Positions 48,096 through 59,118 of a stretch of DNA of 64,000 bases are shown piece after piece (positions within the stretch are counted from its first letter, which is position 1; each line of letters begins with the position of its first letter). The notes below the pieces were generated by a model that saw only the letters and a list, made by a program, of their open reading frames with translations, did not search any database and was not told the origin of the DNA. The translations under genes and the position numbers were made by a program. Origin of the DNA: Candidatus Altimarinota bacterium (GTDB lineage: Bacteria > Patescibacteriota > Gracilibacteria > CAIRYL01). The stretch lies in NCBI GenBank assembly GCA_965250085.1, contig OZ252287.1, positions 960,001-1,024,000 of the forward strand. The letters run 5' to 3'.

Positions 48096-48686
48096 TTACA
48101 TGAGAGAAAATTTCTTTTCCACCACATCGAAAATCTCAGTACCAAGATCTTCGATACTCCTTGTTCCATCGAGAACGACAGAATGAGGGTCTTTTGATTG
48201 TAGTTTCAAGAAGACGTCTCGTACTTTTTGTAGTTTCTGGTGTTCTTCAAAAAGTTCATTCTTCTTCCCTCTCTTTTCTATTCGCTGTAAACAGTCTTTG
48301 ACTGGCACATCGAGAAAAAAAGTATAATCAGCAGCCCGAAAAGTCCTATTTATTTCACTCAGCCACTTTTGATCACATGACAGCGCCCCATAGGCAAGAG
48401 TACTCCAAATATATCGATCACATACAACAGTCGCTCCTTGGAGCAAAGAGGGGTCTATTTTATTTGCTATGTGATGTGCTCTGTCGGCGGTAAAGAGAAG
48501 CTGGAGCGCCTCAGGAGCAGGGGTCCATTCTTTTTGTAACGCACTTCTTATAAAAAGACCAATCGTATCTTCTGATGGTTCAGAGGTGTGAAAAGCGGTA
48601 ATACCTTTCTTCTGTAGGTTTTTTACGAGCAGGGCTGCTTGTGTGGTAGATCCACTGCCATCAAGTCCTTCAAAAACAAGAAACAT
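48096..48686 (-). CDS. tmk: Thymidylate kinase
   Basis: FEGLDGSGSTTQ, EP, LFTADR..H, VCDRY..S.LAY. Confidence 0.95.
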   Translation of the reverse strand: MFLVFEGLDGSGSTTQAALLVKNLQKKGITAFHTSEPSEDTIGLFIRSALQKEWTPAPEALQLLFTADRAHHIANKIDPSLLQGATVVCDRYIWSTLAYGALSCDQKWLSEINRTFRAADYTFFLDVPVKDCLQRIEKRGKKNELFEEHQKLQKVRDVFLKLQSKDPHSVVLDGTRSIEDLGTEIFDVVEKKFSLM

Positions 48687-48694
48687 AGGGTATA

Positions 48695-51600
48695 TTAACG
48701 ATTTTTTAAAAATTGGTATAAAGCTCTGGCGACTTCATATCGAGAAAGTTCGTGCGCTGGAAAAAGATAAGATCCCCTGTCAGGAAAGAGCTCATATTTT
48801 TGCGCTATGCCAACATATGGAGCGAACCAATCGTTTCCATTGACATCAAAATATCGAAAAGGAAGATTTGTTTGGAGGTCGAAGGTGAGGGTTAGCATTT
48901 TTAAAAATTCAACAGTATTGACGGTATTTGCCGGGCGAAAGGTTTTGTCTGGATATCCATTAATAATTCCCATATTTGTGGCCATATTTACGTATCGGAT
49001 ATACCATGCGTCATGGTCTGTATCAAGATATCGGAACCCACTTTTTTCGTCAGAAATATCTTCTTCTGCATATTTTGTAAGGAGCAAAAACTTTGCAGAT
49101 TGCACCCTGTTGACACTTTCTTCTCCTTTAAAGTCTCCATCAGGGAAACCATTAATGACACCTCGTCGGAAGAGTTCGAGGGCAGATTTCCCCTCTTCAG
49201 AAGTAATATTGATATCTGGAAATGGTATTTGAAATCCTTCAAAACTCTCCATCACAATGTCTTCGAATCGCGCTGATGGAATATCAGGTAGCTTTTCAAT
49301 GCATTCACCGTCGTATTGAAAATATGCAAGATCTTCACGGAGTTTGCACTCATTTATGTATGTTATTTCTTTTGTCAGACATGGAAACTCAGAACACGTT
49401 TCATATATTTTTCCACAGACAGGTGCTGAAACAGTATCGCAATACAAATTTGTTTTATAAAATATAACTGTCGCAGCCGGAAGAGAAAGAGGAAAGTTCC
49501 CCATAATATTCGCATCACCCCCACCAAATCTTTTCGCATCTATATATCCTGGAGAGACAATGCTCAGCTGCAAAGATTTCCCTAGGTCGACGTCCCGGGA
49601 AATATCAGCTAAAAATGTCACCACTTTTTCTTCACCAGGTTGAATACGGATAGTCTCTTCGAAATCATCAAAAATAATGATTTCATTTTCAAATACACCA
49701 TTTTCTTGTGCTAACAGTTCTCCCAATTCACCTCGTAGAGATATGCGTTCGATACCCCTATAAACTTCTCCAATTTGCTGCATAATAAGTTTTTCTATCA
49801 TCACCTCTTTCGGTTCGGTGTTGCGCATTGCTAATTGTCCAAGGAAAACATCAGAAGATCCTCTTGTGACATTTTCTGGAGGAACACCTCGAGAAGAGAA
49901 AAACACACCTGATTCAAAGGAACTTTGCTGAGGAGTAACTTGAAGAGACTGCATTGGAAAATTGCCTACTACGCTTGCAGTGACGTGCGGCTGAATATTT
50001 TTTATCGTGACATTTTTTGGTGATGTAATTTGAAAAGAAAGAGTTCTTCCAGACGAGGCATTGCCAAGATCTCCATAGAGAAAAATCTCTTTTGAAGAGT
50101 TCTCTCTTACAGGGAGAAGAAAGTCAAAGACAAGAAGATTGTCTGTAATTTCTTTCCTTGCAGAAAGTATATGTCCAAGGTTATCCCTGAAATGAAGATT
50201 TGTTATTTCATCTGACAAAAAAGAGCCATTATAGGAAAGAATTATTTGAGAAAGCTCGATATCACTTTCCCGAGCTTGTAAAAAAAGTTTGGACAAAGGA
50301 ACATTTTGAGAATTAGCTGAAAAAATTCTATTTTGTGGCTCATGTGGAACAAAAGAAACTTCGAACACACCTTTACTCTCCTGATTGGAAGTAGTCATAA
50401 TGTTTCCTTGGAGAGGAAATTCGCCCTGGATGTCTACATTGTATTCATCTTTCACCGTCGTGATTCGTATATCGCGAGCAGATTGCATCTCATATCCAAT
50501 GCTTTTTCCAACCGGAAGACCATAGTCAAAACTTGCTTTCAGCAAGAGTGATATCTCTTCAAAAGGTTCAAGTTTTAGAATCCCTGTAAAAGTAATAGCA
50601 TCTTCCAAAGAAAGCTCCAAGGAATCCATAAGGGTTTTTCCATTGATGTCAGTGATTTTTAGCCGAGAGAGAGTACTGGGGTTCAAACTCCCTCTCTTGT
50701 GGAGCGTAATCCTTGAGAGAGTGACGGGCTCTGTGCCAGCATGTAACGTAAAGAGAGCGAGAGGGACACCACTTTCACCACCTGTAATAATTCGCCCCTG
50801 TGGAGTTTCAGAATTGAGCTCAAACCTTACAAAGGGATCAGAAAGTGTAAAAAGGGGAGTTCGGAGAGGAAATGTATCTCTCAAGACAAGAGTAGTATCT
50901 CCATCATCTGGCACCGCTGTAACACCTGCTCTGGAAAAGATTTGAAATCCCACCGTTTCTCCATTAACGGCAAAAGATGAAACATCTCCCCTTAAAAAAA
51001 ATATTTTTTCTTCTCCCTGCTCAAGTGTCAGTACGTCTGAAAAATATACCTTCCCCTCTTTATAAAAAGAAGGAGTTGAAATAATACTTCCAGAACTATC
51101 AGCAAAATGAAGATTTTGTATAACATTTTCTGGAGTACTTCCGAATCGTTCCAATATGATTTTCTGAAAAGAAATACCATCTATTCCATGAGTAGAAAAT
51201 TGAAATTCACCAAGCACTGCTTTTTCTTGCCCGCGAAAAATTTGTGCAATTGTGTTTTCTGTATTTTGCAAGGAGAAGGAAGCAATTGTGTCGGTTTGAG
51301 AATCAATTGCAGAAACCAATTGTGTTTGGGCTGGAAAATTTATAGAGACTTCAGCATTTCCGCCAAAATCTTCTTCAGCTTCAATATTGCCATTACTGGC
51401 GAAGTACAATCCGAACTCATCTCCTTCTGGAGTACTGGGGGTAATTTCTGCAAAAATTTTAAAAGTGCGAGTTGTCCCTGAGGGCACCATAAAATCCTCT
51501 ATGAATACCGCAACATTCCCTTCTGCATTTTCGGGGCCGAGAGTGATACCCCCCGGTTCTTTCAGCCATATTTGATGAATATTGCCACTTTTCATATCTC

Positions 51601-51844
51601 CGTATGGAGAAAAAATCATACGATTGACATCAATCGAACCAGATTCTGCAGTAAGAGCAAGAGAACCAATTTCCGTCTCTTGACCACGGACAATAACATC
51701 CGGCAAGCCATGAGAAGACAAGGAAACATGCAGTGTTGGAGTTATTGCTGCAAAAGTTGAAAAAGCACTTATAACGCATACAACACTGAAGACAAGACAG
51801 AGCTCTATGTAATAATATTTAAATTTTTCTAAGAGATGACGCAT
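48695..51844 (-). CDS. Surface protein: ~5 Ig-like repeats, Kazal-like Cys motif, C-terminal SLH domains
   Basis: Repeats ending GNFP/GEFP; C..VSAPVCG...TYINEC...GEC; GVINGFPDG.F, GIINGYPD.TFRP.N.VN..E. Confidence 0.82.
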   Translation of the reverse strand: MRHLLEKFKYYYIELCLVFSVVCVISAFSTFAAITPTLHVSLSSHGLPDVIVRGQETEIGSLALTAESGSIDVNRMIFSPYGDMKSGNIHQIWLKEPGGITLGPENAEGNVAVFIEDFMVPSGTTRTFKIFAEITPSTPEGDEFGLYFASNGNIEAEEDFGGNAEVSINFPAQTQLVSAIDSQTDTIASFSLQNTENTIAQIFRGQEKAVLGEFQFSTHGIDGISFQKIILERFGSTPENVIQNLHFADSSGSIISTPSFYKEGKVYFSDVLTLEQGEEKIFFLRGDVSSFAVNGETVGFQIFSRAGVTAVPDDGDTTLVLRDTFPLRTPLFTLSDPFVRFELNSETPQGRIITGGESGVPLALFTLHAGTEPVTLSRITLHKRGSLNPSTLSRLKITDINGKTLMDSLELSLEDAITFTGILKLEPFEEISLLLKASFDYGLPVGKSIGYEMQSARDIRITTVKDEYNVDIQGEFPLQGNIMTTSNQESKGVFEVSFVPHEPQNRIFSANSQNVPLSKLFLQARESDIELSQIILSYNGSFLSDEITNLHFRDNLGHILSARKEITDNLLVFDFLLPVRENSSKEIFLYGDLGNASSGRTLSFQITSPKNVTIKNIQPHVTASVVGNFPMQSLQVTPQQSSFESGVFFSSRGVPPENVTRGSSDVFLGQLAMRNTEPKEVMIEKLIMQQIGEVYRGIERISLRGELGELLAQENGVFENEIIIFDDFEETIRIQPGEEKVVTFLADISRDVDLGKSLQLSIVSPGYIDAKRFGGGDANIMGNFPLSLPAATVIFYKTNLYCDTVSAPVCGKIYETCSEFPCLTKEITYINECKLREDLAYFQYDGECIEKLPDIPSARFEDIVMESFEGFQIPFPDINITSEEGKSALELFRRGVINGFPDGDFKGEESVNRVQSAKFLLLTKYAEEDISDEKSGFRYLDTDHDAWYIRYVNMATNMGIINGYPDKTFRPANTVNTVEFLKMLTLTFDLQTNLPFRYFDVNGNDWFAPYVGIAQKYELFPDRGSYLFPAHELSRYEVARALYQFLKNR

Positions 51845-51880
51845 GCAAAGTAAAAAAGATAGAACAAATGATCTTCACAA

Positions 51881-52951
51881 TTATAGTCCACTGCTCTGCA
51901 GCCTCTTGAGGCGTTCAGCCTCCTGAAGAGACTCGATGAGGGCATTTAAGTTCCCTTCCATAATACTGGGAAGGTTAGAAAAATTTTTTCCAATGCGATG
52001 GTCAGTGACACGATCTTGAGGAAAATTATATGTTCTAATTTTTTCACTTCTATCGCCCGTACCGATTTGGGCCAGACGCTCAGCACCAGCTTCTTTTTGT
52101 CGCTTTTCTTCCTCTATTGCATAGAGTCTGGATCTGAGGACCTTAAAGGCTTTTTCTTTATTCTTGTGTTGTGATTTCTCATCCTGACAGGTCACGATTA
52201 TTCTAGTAGGAACGTGTGTGAGGCGTACTGCAGAGTCAGTTGTATTGACTGACTGCCCTCCTGGCCCAGAGGAACGAAATACATCTACTCGTACATCGGC
52301 AGGAGCTATTTCAAATTCAATTTCTTCTATTTCCGGCAGGACAATAACAGTGATAGTAGAAGTATGCACACGCCCCTGAGATTCAGTCTTGGGAATACGT
52401 TGGACCCTATGGACACCACTTTCAAATTTTAATGCAGCAAATGCGCCTTCACCGCGTACAGCAAAAATCATTTCCTTGACCCCCCCTGATTCAGAATCTT
52501 GTTTGGAGAGCAACTCCACATTATATCGATTCTCTTCTGCGTACCTGAAAAGAGCACGAGCGTATTCTGCGGCAAAAAGTGAAGACTCTTCTCCTCCAGC
52601 AGCTGGTCGGACTTCTATGATGACGTCTTTGTGGTCATGCGGATCCTTAGGAATAAGGGCAATTTTTACTTTTTCTTCTAAGTCCTGAAGAGATAACATC
52701 TCTTCCGTTAACTCTGCTTTTGCCATCTCAGCTACCTCAAGGTCAGCGTCTGTTTGGAGCTTTGTGAGTTCTTCAATATTTTTTTGTTTTTCCAAGTATT
52801 CTCTGCCAAGTTCAACTATTTCTCTCAGGGAAGAAAGCTTTTTTCCTAAAACTTTCATTTGAGAAGGGTCAGAGGTAACTTCTGGGGAACTCATTTGTTT
52901 TTCCAGATCTTCGTATTCAGTGATGAATGAGGTGAGCTTTTCGGTAAGCAT
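51881..52951 (-). CDS. prfA: Peptide chain release factor 1
   Basis: ESGVHRVQRIPKTE (PxT), GRVHTST, GGQ, DRSEKIRTYNFPQ. Confidence 0.96.
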   Translation of the reverse strand: MLTEKLTSFITEYEDLEKQMSSPEVTSDPSQMKVLGKKLSSLREIVELGREYLEKQKNIEELTKLQTDADLEVAEMAKAELTEEMLSLQDLEEKVKIALIPKDPHDHKDVIIEVRPAAGGEESSLFAAEYARALFRYAEENRYNVELLSKQDSESGGVKEMIFAVRGEGAFAALKFESGVHRVQRIPKTESQGRVHTSTITVIVLPEIEEIEFEIAPADVRVDVFRSSGPGGQSVNTTDSAVRLTHVPTRIIVTCQDEKSQHKNKEKAFKVLRSRLYAIEEEKRQKEAGAERLAQIGTGDRSEKIRTYNFPQDRVTDHRIGKNFSNLPSIMEGNLNALIESLQEAERLKRLQSSGL

Positions 52952-55843
52952 TTATTTCTGTGAAAAAAACCACTTCTTCAAAAACTGTCCGGTATATGAT
53001 TTTTTTACTTCTGCTACTTCTTCAGGAGTGCCAGTAGCGAGGACTTCACCTCCATTATCTCCTCCTTCTGGTCCTAAATCAATGAGGTGGTCACAGCTTT
53101 TAATAACGTCTAAATTGTGTTCGATTACAAGAACCGAGTTTCCTTTTTCTACCAAAGCACTGAGAACATTTAGAAGTTTCTGCACATCTTCAAAATGAAG
53201 CCCAGTAGTTGGTTCGTCAAGAATAAAAAAGGTTTTCCCAGTGCTTCGCTTAGAAAGCTCTGTGGCCAATTTTACCCTTTGCGCTTCTCCTCCGGAGAGA
53301 GTGGTAGCGCTCTGTCCAAGGTGAATGTAGCCAAGGCCGACATCTTCCAATGTTTGCAATTTATTCTTGATATTTGGAATTTTTTCAAAGTATTCCAACG
53401 CTTCTGAGACCGTCATGTTGAGAACATCTGCAATATTTTTTCCTCTCCAAGTGATCTCCAATGCCTCAGCATTATATCTCTTTCCTTTGCACACTTCACA
53501 GGGGACGTACACGTCTGGCAGGAAATGCATTTCTATTTTTACGATCCCATCCCCTTGGCAAGATTCACATCTTCCTCCTTTGACGTTAAAAGAAAATCGA
53601 CCAGCTTTGTACCCTCTGAGCTTCGCCTCAGGGCTTTCTGCGAAGAGATTTCTGACATCGGTAAAAACACCGGTATACGTTGCAGGATTAGATCGAGGAG
53701 TACGACCAATAGCGCTCTGATCAATCACAATCACTTTATCCAAGTGTTCTATTCCCTTAATCTCCTTATGCTTTCCAGCTTTTGTTTGAGCCCTATTGAG
53801 TTTGACGGCAAGAATAGGCCCCAAGATCGTATTAATTAGTGATGATTTTCCAGATCCAGAAACTCCTGTTACTCCGACAAAACATCCAAGAGGAATTTGT
53901 ACGGAAATATTTTTGAGATTATTTTCTTTCGCTCCAATAATTTCTAACTGCTTTCCATTTCCAGAGTGTCTTTTTTTTGGGATGGGAATTTCTTTTTTTC
54001 CAGAGAGATATTCACCAGTACTAGATGAGCCACTTTTCATCATTTCCTTAGGGGTCCCAGAAAAAACAACCTCTCCTCCATATTTTCCTGCCGCTGGACC
54101 TATTTCTAAGATATAATCAGCGCTTCGCATGGTTTCTTCGTCATGCTCTACTACAAGTACAGTATTTCCAATTTCCTGAAGGCTTCTGAGTGTTTCAATA
54201 AGCTTGGAATTATCTCTTTGGTGGAGCCCAATGGATGGTTCGTCCAGTACATACAAAACCCCCTGCAATTTGGATCCTATTTGTGTTGCCAAACGAATAC
54301 GCTGTGCCTCTCCTCCAGAAAGCGTGTTTGCCGCTCTGTTGAGTGTGAGATATTTCAGCCCTACATGGTCGAGAAAAGAAAGACGATCAGTAATTTCCTG
54401 TAAAATAAGCTTTGCAATTTTCATTTGCCGCTCATTAAAAATCTTTGGAAGATGATCAAAAAAATCTCGTGCTTCAGCGATAGAAAAACTAGTGGCATCA
54501 ATAATATTTTTGTCTCCTACTGTGACACCCAAAATTTCTTTTCTGAGCCTTTTTCCTTCGCAGGTGGGACATGTTTCCTGTTCCATAAATTTCTCAATTT
54601 GTTTCCGAGAAAACTCACTTTCTGTTTCTCGATATCTTCTTTCAAGATTTTTGATAACTCCTTCATATTTTGTCGCAAATTCACCACTAAAACGGTCAGA
54701 ATCCATTTGGACTTCATATTCCTCATCACCAGTTCCGTTTAAAATAATATCAATATTCTCTTTTGAGAGATTTTTGACAGGAGTATTCAAATCAAAGCCA
54801 TGTATTTTTGCAACAGCTTCAAGAATTCGGATATACCATGACATTCCCGAAGTACTCGTTGCCCAGGGCATAATAGCTCCTTCAGCAATGGTAAGCTTTG
54901 GATTTTCCAAAATCTTCTCTTGTTGTACTACCAGTCTACTGCCAAGTCCATGACAATCCGTACAAGCACCGTACGGAGAATTAAACGAAAAATTCCGTGG
55001 CTCAATCTCTGGAATGACAGATCCGTGCTCTGTGCAGGCAAACCGTTCAGAAAATGTCTCAAGTGTGCCAGTGTCTGGATTCAGAATAATCATTCGACCT
55101 TCTCCATGTCGAATAGCGAGCTCTATGGAGTCGGCAAGTCGTGTGCGATCTGGATTCGGTTCTTCAATTTTTTCTCCAGTGGAAAGTGTTTTATATGTTT
55201 TTCCAAGATCCTTTACCACCAAACGATCCACCACAGCTTCAATATCATGTTTCTTCTTCGGATCCAAATTCACCTCGTCAGCAATTGAATAAATCTCACC
55301 ATCAACTCTCAAGCGAAGAAATCCAGCCTTCTGAATATTTTCGAGTACTTTTAAATGCTCTCCTTTTTTCCCACTTATGAGCGGAGCAAGGATCATAATC
55401 TTAGAGCCTTCTTCCAGAGAAGCAACTTGTTCAATGATTTGAGAAACACTCTGCTTTTGAACCTCTTTTCCACATTCAGGACAATGAGGAATTCCAACTT
55501 TTGCAAAGAGCAGTCTGAGATAGTCATAAATCTCTGTAACGGTTCCTACGGTAGATCGCGGATTGCGAGAAGCCGTCTTTTGATCAATGGAGATAGCGGG
55601 AGAGAGTCCTTCTATGGTGTCCACTTCTGGCTTTTCCATCAATCCCAAAAATTGCCTCGCATACGTAGAAAGACTCTCTACATACCGACGTTGACCTTCG
55701 GCATAGATCGTATCAAACGCGAGGGATGATTTCCCGGAACCAGATACTCCAGTTACCACCACAAACTGATTGCGAGGGATTTCCACATTTATATTCTTCA
55801 AATTATGCATGCGCGCGCCTTCTACTCGTATGTTTTGTGACAT
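52952..55843 (-). CDS. uvrA: Excinuclease ABC subunit A
   Basis: Two ABC cassettes ([17 protein letters not shown]), zinc fingers; start at MSQNIRV. Confidence 0.98.
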   Translation of the reverse strand: MSQNIRVEGARMHNLKNINVEIPRNQFVVVTGVSGSGKSSLAFDTIYAEGQRRYVESLSTYARQFLGLMEKPEVDTIEGLSPAISIDQKTASRNPRSTVGTVTEIYDYLRLLFAKVGIPHCPECGKEVQKQSVSQIIEQVASLEEGSKIMILAPLISGKKGEHLKVLENIQKAGFLRLRVDGEIYSIADEVNLDPKKKHDIEAVVDRLVVKDLGKTYKTLSTGEKIEEPNPDRTRLADSIELAIRHGEGRMIILNPDTGTLETFSERFACTEHGSVIPEIEPRNFSFNSPYGACTDCHGLGSRLVVQQEKILENPKLTIAEGAIMPWATSTSGMSWYIRILEAVAKIHGFDLNTPVKNLSKENIDIILNGTGDEEYEVQMDSDRFSGEFATKYEGVIKNLERRYRETESEFSRKQIEKFMEQETCPTCEGKRLRKEILGVTVGDKNIIDATSFSIAEARDFFDHLPKIFNERQMKIAKLILQEITDRLSFLDHVGLKYLTLNRAANTLSGGEAQRIRLATQIGSKLQGVLYVLDEPSIGLHQRDNSKLIETLRSLQEIGNTVLVVEHDEETMRSADYILEIGPAAGKYGGEVVFSGTPKEMMKSGSSSTGEYLSGKKEIPIPKKRHSGNGKQLEIIGAKENNLKNISVQIPLGCFVGVTGVSGSGKSSLINTILGPILAVKLNRAQTKAGKHKEIKGIEHLDKVIVIDQSAIGRTPRSNPATYTGVFTDVRNLFAESPEAKLRGYKAGRFSFNVKGGRCESCQGDGIVKIEMHFLPDVYVPCEVCKGKRYNAEALEITWRGKNIADVLNMTVSEALEYFEKIPNIKNKLQTLEDVGLGYIHLGQSATTLSGGEAQRVKLATELSKRSTGKTFFILDEPTTGLHFEDVQKLLNVLSALVEKGNSVLVIEHNLDVIKSCDHLIDLGPEGGDNGGEVLATGTPEEVAEVKKSYTGQFLKKWFFSQK

Positions 55844-55934
55844 AGTTTTTATACATATACAAAAAAAGTGCCCTCGTTTTGGCACCCGAGGAGCTTAGCA
55901 AGAAAAAAGGCAGAAAGCAACTTTTCGTTATCCC

Positions 55935-56222
55935 CTAATGAATATTGTTATCGCCAGAAGTGATATTTGCTGCGACAGCCTTCCGAAAGCAACTTGATAC
56001 AGAGGCTGGGTCAATTGCAACATATACTTTCCTTGCATCATTCAAGTTTCGCGTTGCTTCTTCCTCCATTTCGGACGACACTGGTTCTCCATTTTTTCTC
56101 ATAACAGAAGGCACATCGGGATTACTACCTATCCATTCTGATCCTATAGGGGCCCGCTGAGGGACTTCGTCTTTGGGAGCGAAGGTATGACCTGGAAAAA
56201 GGGAGTTTTGGTCTGAAGACAT
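55935..56222 (-). CDS. Orphan hypothetical protein (95 aa)
   Basis: ORF preceded by a perfect sigma70 promoter. Confidence 0.65.
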   Translation of the reverse strand: MSSDQNSLFPGHTFAPKDEVPQRAPIGSEWIGSNPDVPSVMRKNGEPVSSEMEEEATRNLNDARKVYVAIDPASVSSCFRKAVAANITSGDNNIH

Positions 56223-56251
56223 TGTAATGCATTTAAAGAGGCTATATTGGC

Positions 56252-56280
56252 ATTATAATCCTTTATATTTTATGTGTCAA
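56252..56280 (-). promoter_or_regulatory. Perfect consensus sigma70 promoter TTGACA-N17-TATAAT
   Basis: Minus strand TTGACA cataaaatataaaggat TATAAT, ~30 nt before ATG 56222. Confidence 0.8.
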
Positions 56281-56415
56281 ATAATTTTAATATATGCCTA
56301 ATAAATTCTTACTCTTTTCTTTAGAAAAAGGCAAGAAATGAAATATGTCCTTTGAGTAAAACCCCCTGCCCTCCCTTCCTCCTACGGCGGACAAGTATCA
56401 GGGGAACAAAAAAAG

Positions 56416-58866
56416 TTATTTCACTACAAATCCTACTATGCGTTCGGGGACAAAAACCTCTTTCACAATTTGACTTTGCTCCAAGTAAGCTTGCACCTTA
56501 GGAAGTTTTTTCGCTTCTGCAATCACCTCATCTTTTTTTGCATCTTTCGCAATCTCAAAATCTCCTCTTACTTTTCCGTTTACCTGCACCGCATATGTCA
56601 CCACATCTTCCACCAGATATTTCTCATCATATTCAGGCCACTTTTCATAGGCGATAGTACCTTCATTTTTCAATACTTCATGCCAGATCTCTTCTGTCAT
56701 ATGGGGTGCGAATGGGGAGAGGAGCAGGGCAAATGTTTGGAGTGCTTGTCTTGGAATTTTGTCTAATTTGGTGAGTTCGTTCGTCAGAATCATCATCTGT
56801 GAAATGGCGGTATTAAACCGAAGTTCATCAATATGATCGGTCACAATTTTAATGGTCTGATGGAGTAAGGGCTGAAAATTTTCAGCCCCTACGAAAGTAC
56901 CTTGTATTGATTTTTGAGACACTCTATACACTCTGTCTAAAAATCTTTTAATTCCTTCCACTCCACCAGTCGACCATACCTTTCGTTGATCAAATGGTCC
57001 CATAAACATCTCATAGCACCGCAGAGTATCAGCTCCAAATTTTACTACAATATCATCAGGATTAATCACATTTCCGAGTGACTTGGACATTTTACGTCCA
57101 TCTTCCGCAAGGATCATTCCTTGGTGTCTCAGTTTTGCAAATGGTTCATCATAATTGATGTATCCATGCTTATGGAGTGCTTTGGTAAAAAACCGTGCAT
57201 AGAGGAGATGTAATACCGTATGTTCTGCACCTCCCACATAGAGATCTATAGGACCCCAATGATTTAAAAGTTTTTCAGAAGCAAATGCGATTTCATTCTG
57301 TGGATCCATAAAGCGAAACATATACCACGAACTGCAGACAAAGGTATCCATGGTATCTGATTCTCGTTTCACAAGTGTTCGGTCCTTTGGCATATCACCA
57401 GATTTTTTGAGTTTCTCTTCAATACGTTTCAAACACTTTGCGTTATGAAATTTTTTCGATTGCTGGAGGGGAGACTCTCCATGCGGCACGAAATCTACAT
57501 CGTTTGGTAAATGCACCGGTATTTCATCTTCTGGAAGGAGATATTCATTTCCTTCATCGTCATAGGCGATAGGAATGGGAGCTCCCCAATATCGTTGACG
57601 TGATACCAGCCAGTCGCGGAGCTTATAGTTTATTTTTTGTTTTCCACATCCATTTTCTTCCAGCCATGCAATTATTTTTTCTTTCGCTTTTGAAGTAGAG
57701 AGATTGTCGAGAAAATCTGAATTCACAGCAGTCCCTTCTCCACTGAAACATTTTTCATCAGTTTTGTGTGATACAACTTCTCGTATTTCAAGTTTATATT
57801 TTTTTGCAAACCCGTAATCCCGCTCGTCATGTGCCGGCACCGCCATAATGGCTCCGGTGCCATAGCCCATCATCACATAATCAGCGATCCAAACAGGAAT
57901 TTTTTCTTGATTCACTGGATTGACAGCAAAAGCTCCGGTAGGTACTCCCGTTTTTTCTTTGCTGAGTTCGGATCTCTCGAGTTCAGATTTGGAAGTAGCA
58001 ATTTGTATATATTTTTGTACAGCGTCTTTATTTTCTTCTGTTGTAATTTGTTCCACGAGTGGATGTTCTGGGGCCAATACAAAGTATGTGGCTCCAAAAA
58101 GGGTGTCTGGACGAGTGGTAAAGACGGTTACTTTCTCTCCATTGATTTCAAAGTCCACTTCGGCTCCTTCACTTCTTCCAATCCAATTCCTCTGTGAAAT
58201 CTTGGTGGAGTTTGGCCAATCTATTTTTTCAAGTCCACTTATAAGTCCACTGGTTTTTCCATCATCTTCAATAAAATCTGTAATGCGAAAAAACCACTGC
58301 TCTAATTTTTTTTGCACCACCTCATTTTTGCACCGTTCACACTTTCCATTTATCACCTGCTCATTTGCGAGCACTGTATTACAGTCGTTACACCAATTGA
58401 CCGGTGCTTTTTTGCGATAGGCGAGATTGTTTTTGTAGAGGAATGCAAAAAACCACTGCGTCCATTTGTAATATTCTGGATAGCAGGTGCCAATCTCTCG
58501 ATCCCAGTCATAGCTAAATCCGAGTTCTCGAACCTGTCTCTTGAATGTCTTTATATTATCCGTTGTACTTTTTTCTGGGTGAACCTTTGTTTTGATCGCA
58601 TAGTTTTCCGCTGGCAGGCCAAAAGCATCCCATCCTATGGGATGGAGCAGTTCATATCCTTCATGGCGTCTTTTTCGTGAGACCACATCGGTGGCGGTGT
58701 ATCCCAGAGGATGTCCCACGTGGAGCCCTGCCCCAGAGGGATAGGGAAACATATCGAGCACATAGTACTTTTCTTTCTTTGAGTCATCTTTAGCTCGAAA
58801 CGTCTTATTTTCTTGCCAAAACTTCTGCCATTTTGCCTCTATCTTGCGATGATCGTACTGATTCAT
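56416..58866 (-). CDS. leuS: Leucine--tRNA ligase
   Basis: MFPYPSG, HVGH, GWDAFGLPAENYA, FTTRPDT, RQRYWG, GG.EH...HLLY, KMSKS. Confidence 0.98.
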   Translation of the reverse strand: MNQYDHRKIEAKWQKFWQENKTFRAKDDSKKEKYYVLDMFPYPSGAGLHVGHPLGYTATDVVSRKRRHEGYELLHPIGWDAFGLPAENYAIKTKVHPEKSTTDNIKTFKRQVRELGFSYDWDREIGTCYPEYYKWTQWFFAFLYKNNLAYRKKAPVNWCNDCNTVLANEQVINGKCERCKNEVVQKKLEQWFFRITDFIEDDGKTSGLISGLEKIDWPNSTKISQRNWIGRSEGAEVDFEINGEKVTVFTTRPDTLFGATYFVLAPEHPLVEQITTEENKDAVQKYIQIATSKSELERSELSKEKTGVPTGAFAVNPVNQEKIPVWIADYVMMGYGTGAIMAVPAHDERDYGFAKKYKLEIREVVSHKTDEKCFSGEGTAVNSDFLDNLSTSKAKEKIIAWLEENGCGKQKINYKLRDWLVSRQRYWGAPIPIAYDDEGNEYLLPEDEIPVHLPNDVDFVPHGESPLQQSKKFHNAKCLKRIEEKLKKSGDMPKDRTLVKRESDTMDTFVCSSWYMFRFMDPQNEIAFASEKLLNHWGPIDLYVGGAEHTVLHLLYARFFTKALHKHGYINYDEPFAKLRHQGMILAEDGRKMSKSLGNVINPDDIVVKFGADTLRCYEMFMGPFDQRKVWSTGGVEGIKRFLDRVYRVSQKSIQGTFVGAENFQPLLHQTIKIVTDHIDELRFNTAISQMMILTNELTKLDKIPRQALQTFALLLSPFAPHMTEEIWHEVLKNEGTIAYEKWPEYDEKYLVEDVVTYAVQVNGKVRGDFEIAKDAKKDEVIAEAKKLPKVQAYLEQSQIVKEVFVPERIVGFVVK
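56865..56892 (-). repeat. GTAG-type REP-like palindrome inside the leuS coding sequence
   Basis: GTAGGGGCTGAAAA/TTTTCAGCCCTTAC, 28-nt near-perfect palindrome encoding VGAENFQPL. Confidence 0.75.
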
Positions 58867-59118
58867 ACCGCGCAAAAAATCGAATTGATTTTAGCAAAAC
58901 CTCGCTCTCAAATACATTCGTTTTGACCATGACACTTTGCACTGTAGATTTTGTTATACAAAAATCACGGCAATAGATATAAATATTGAATTTTAAATGG
59001 TACATTCTTAAAAGAAGTATGGAGTTTTAATTTTTTGAAAATTAAAAAATTGAATATTGTTTAGAAATTAAAAATTGGGAATTGAAAATTTTTCAGTTTA
59101 TTTCCATGTAGTGAGTTC

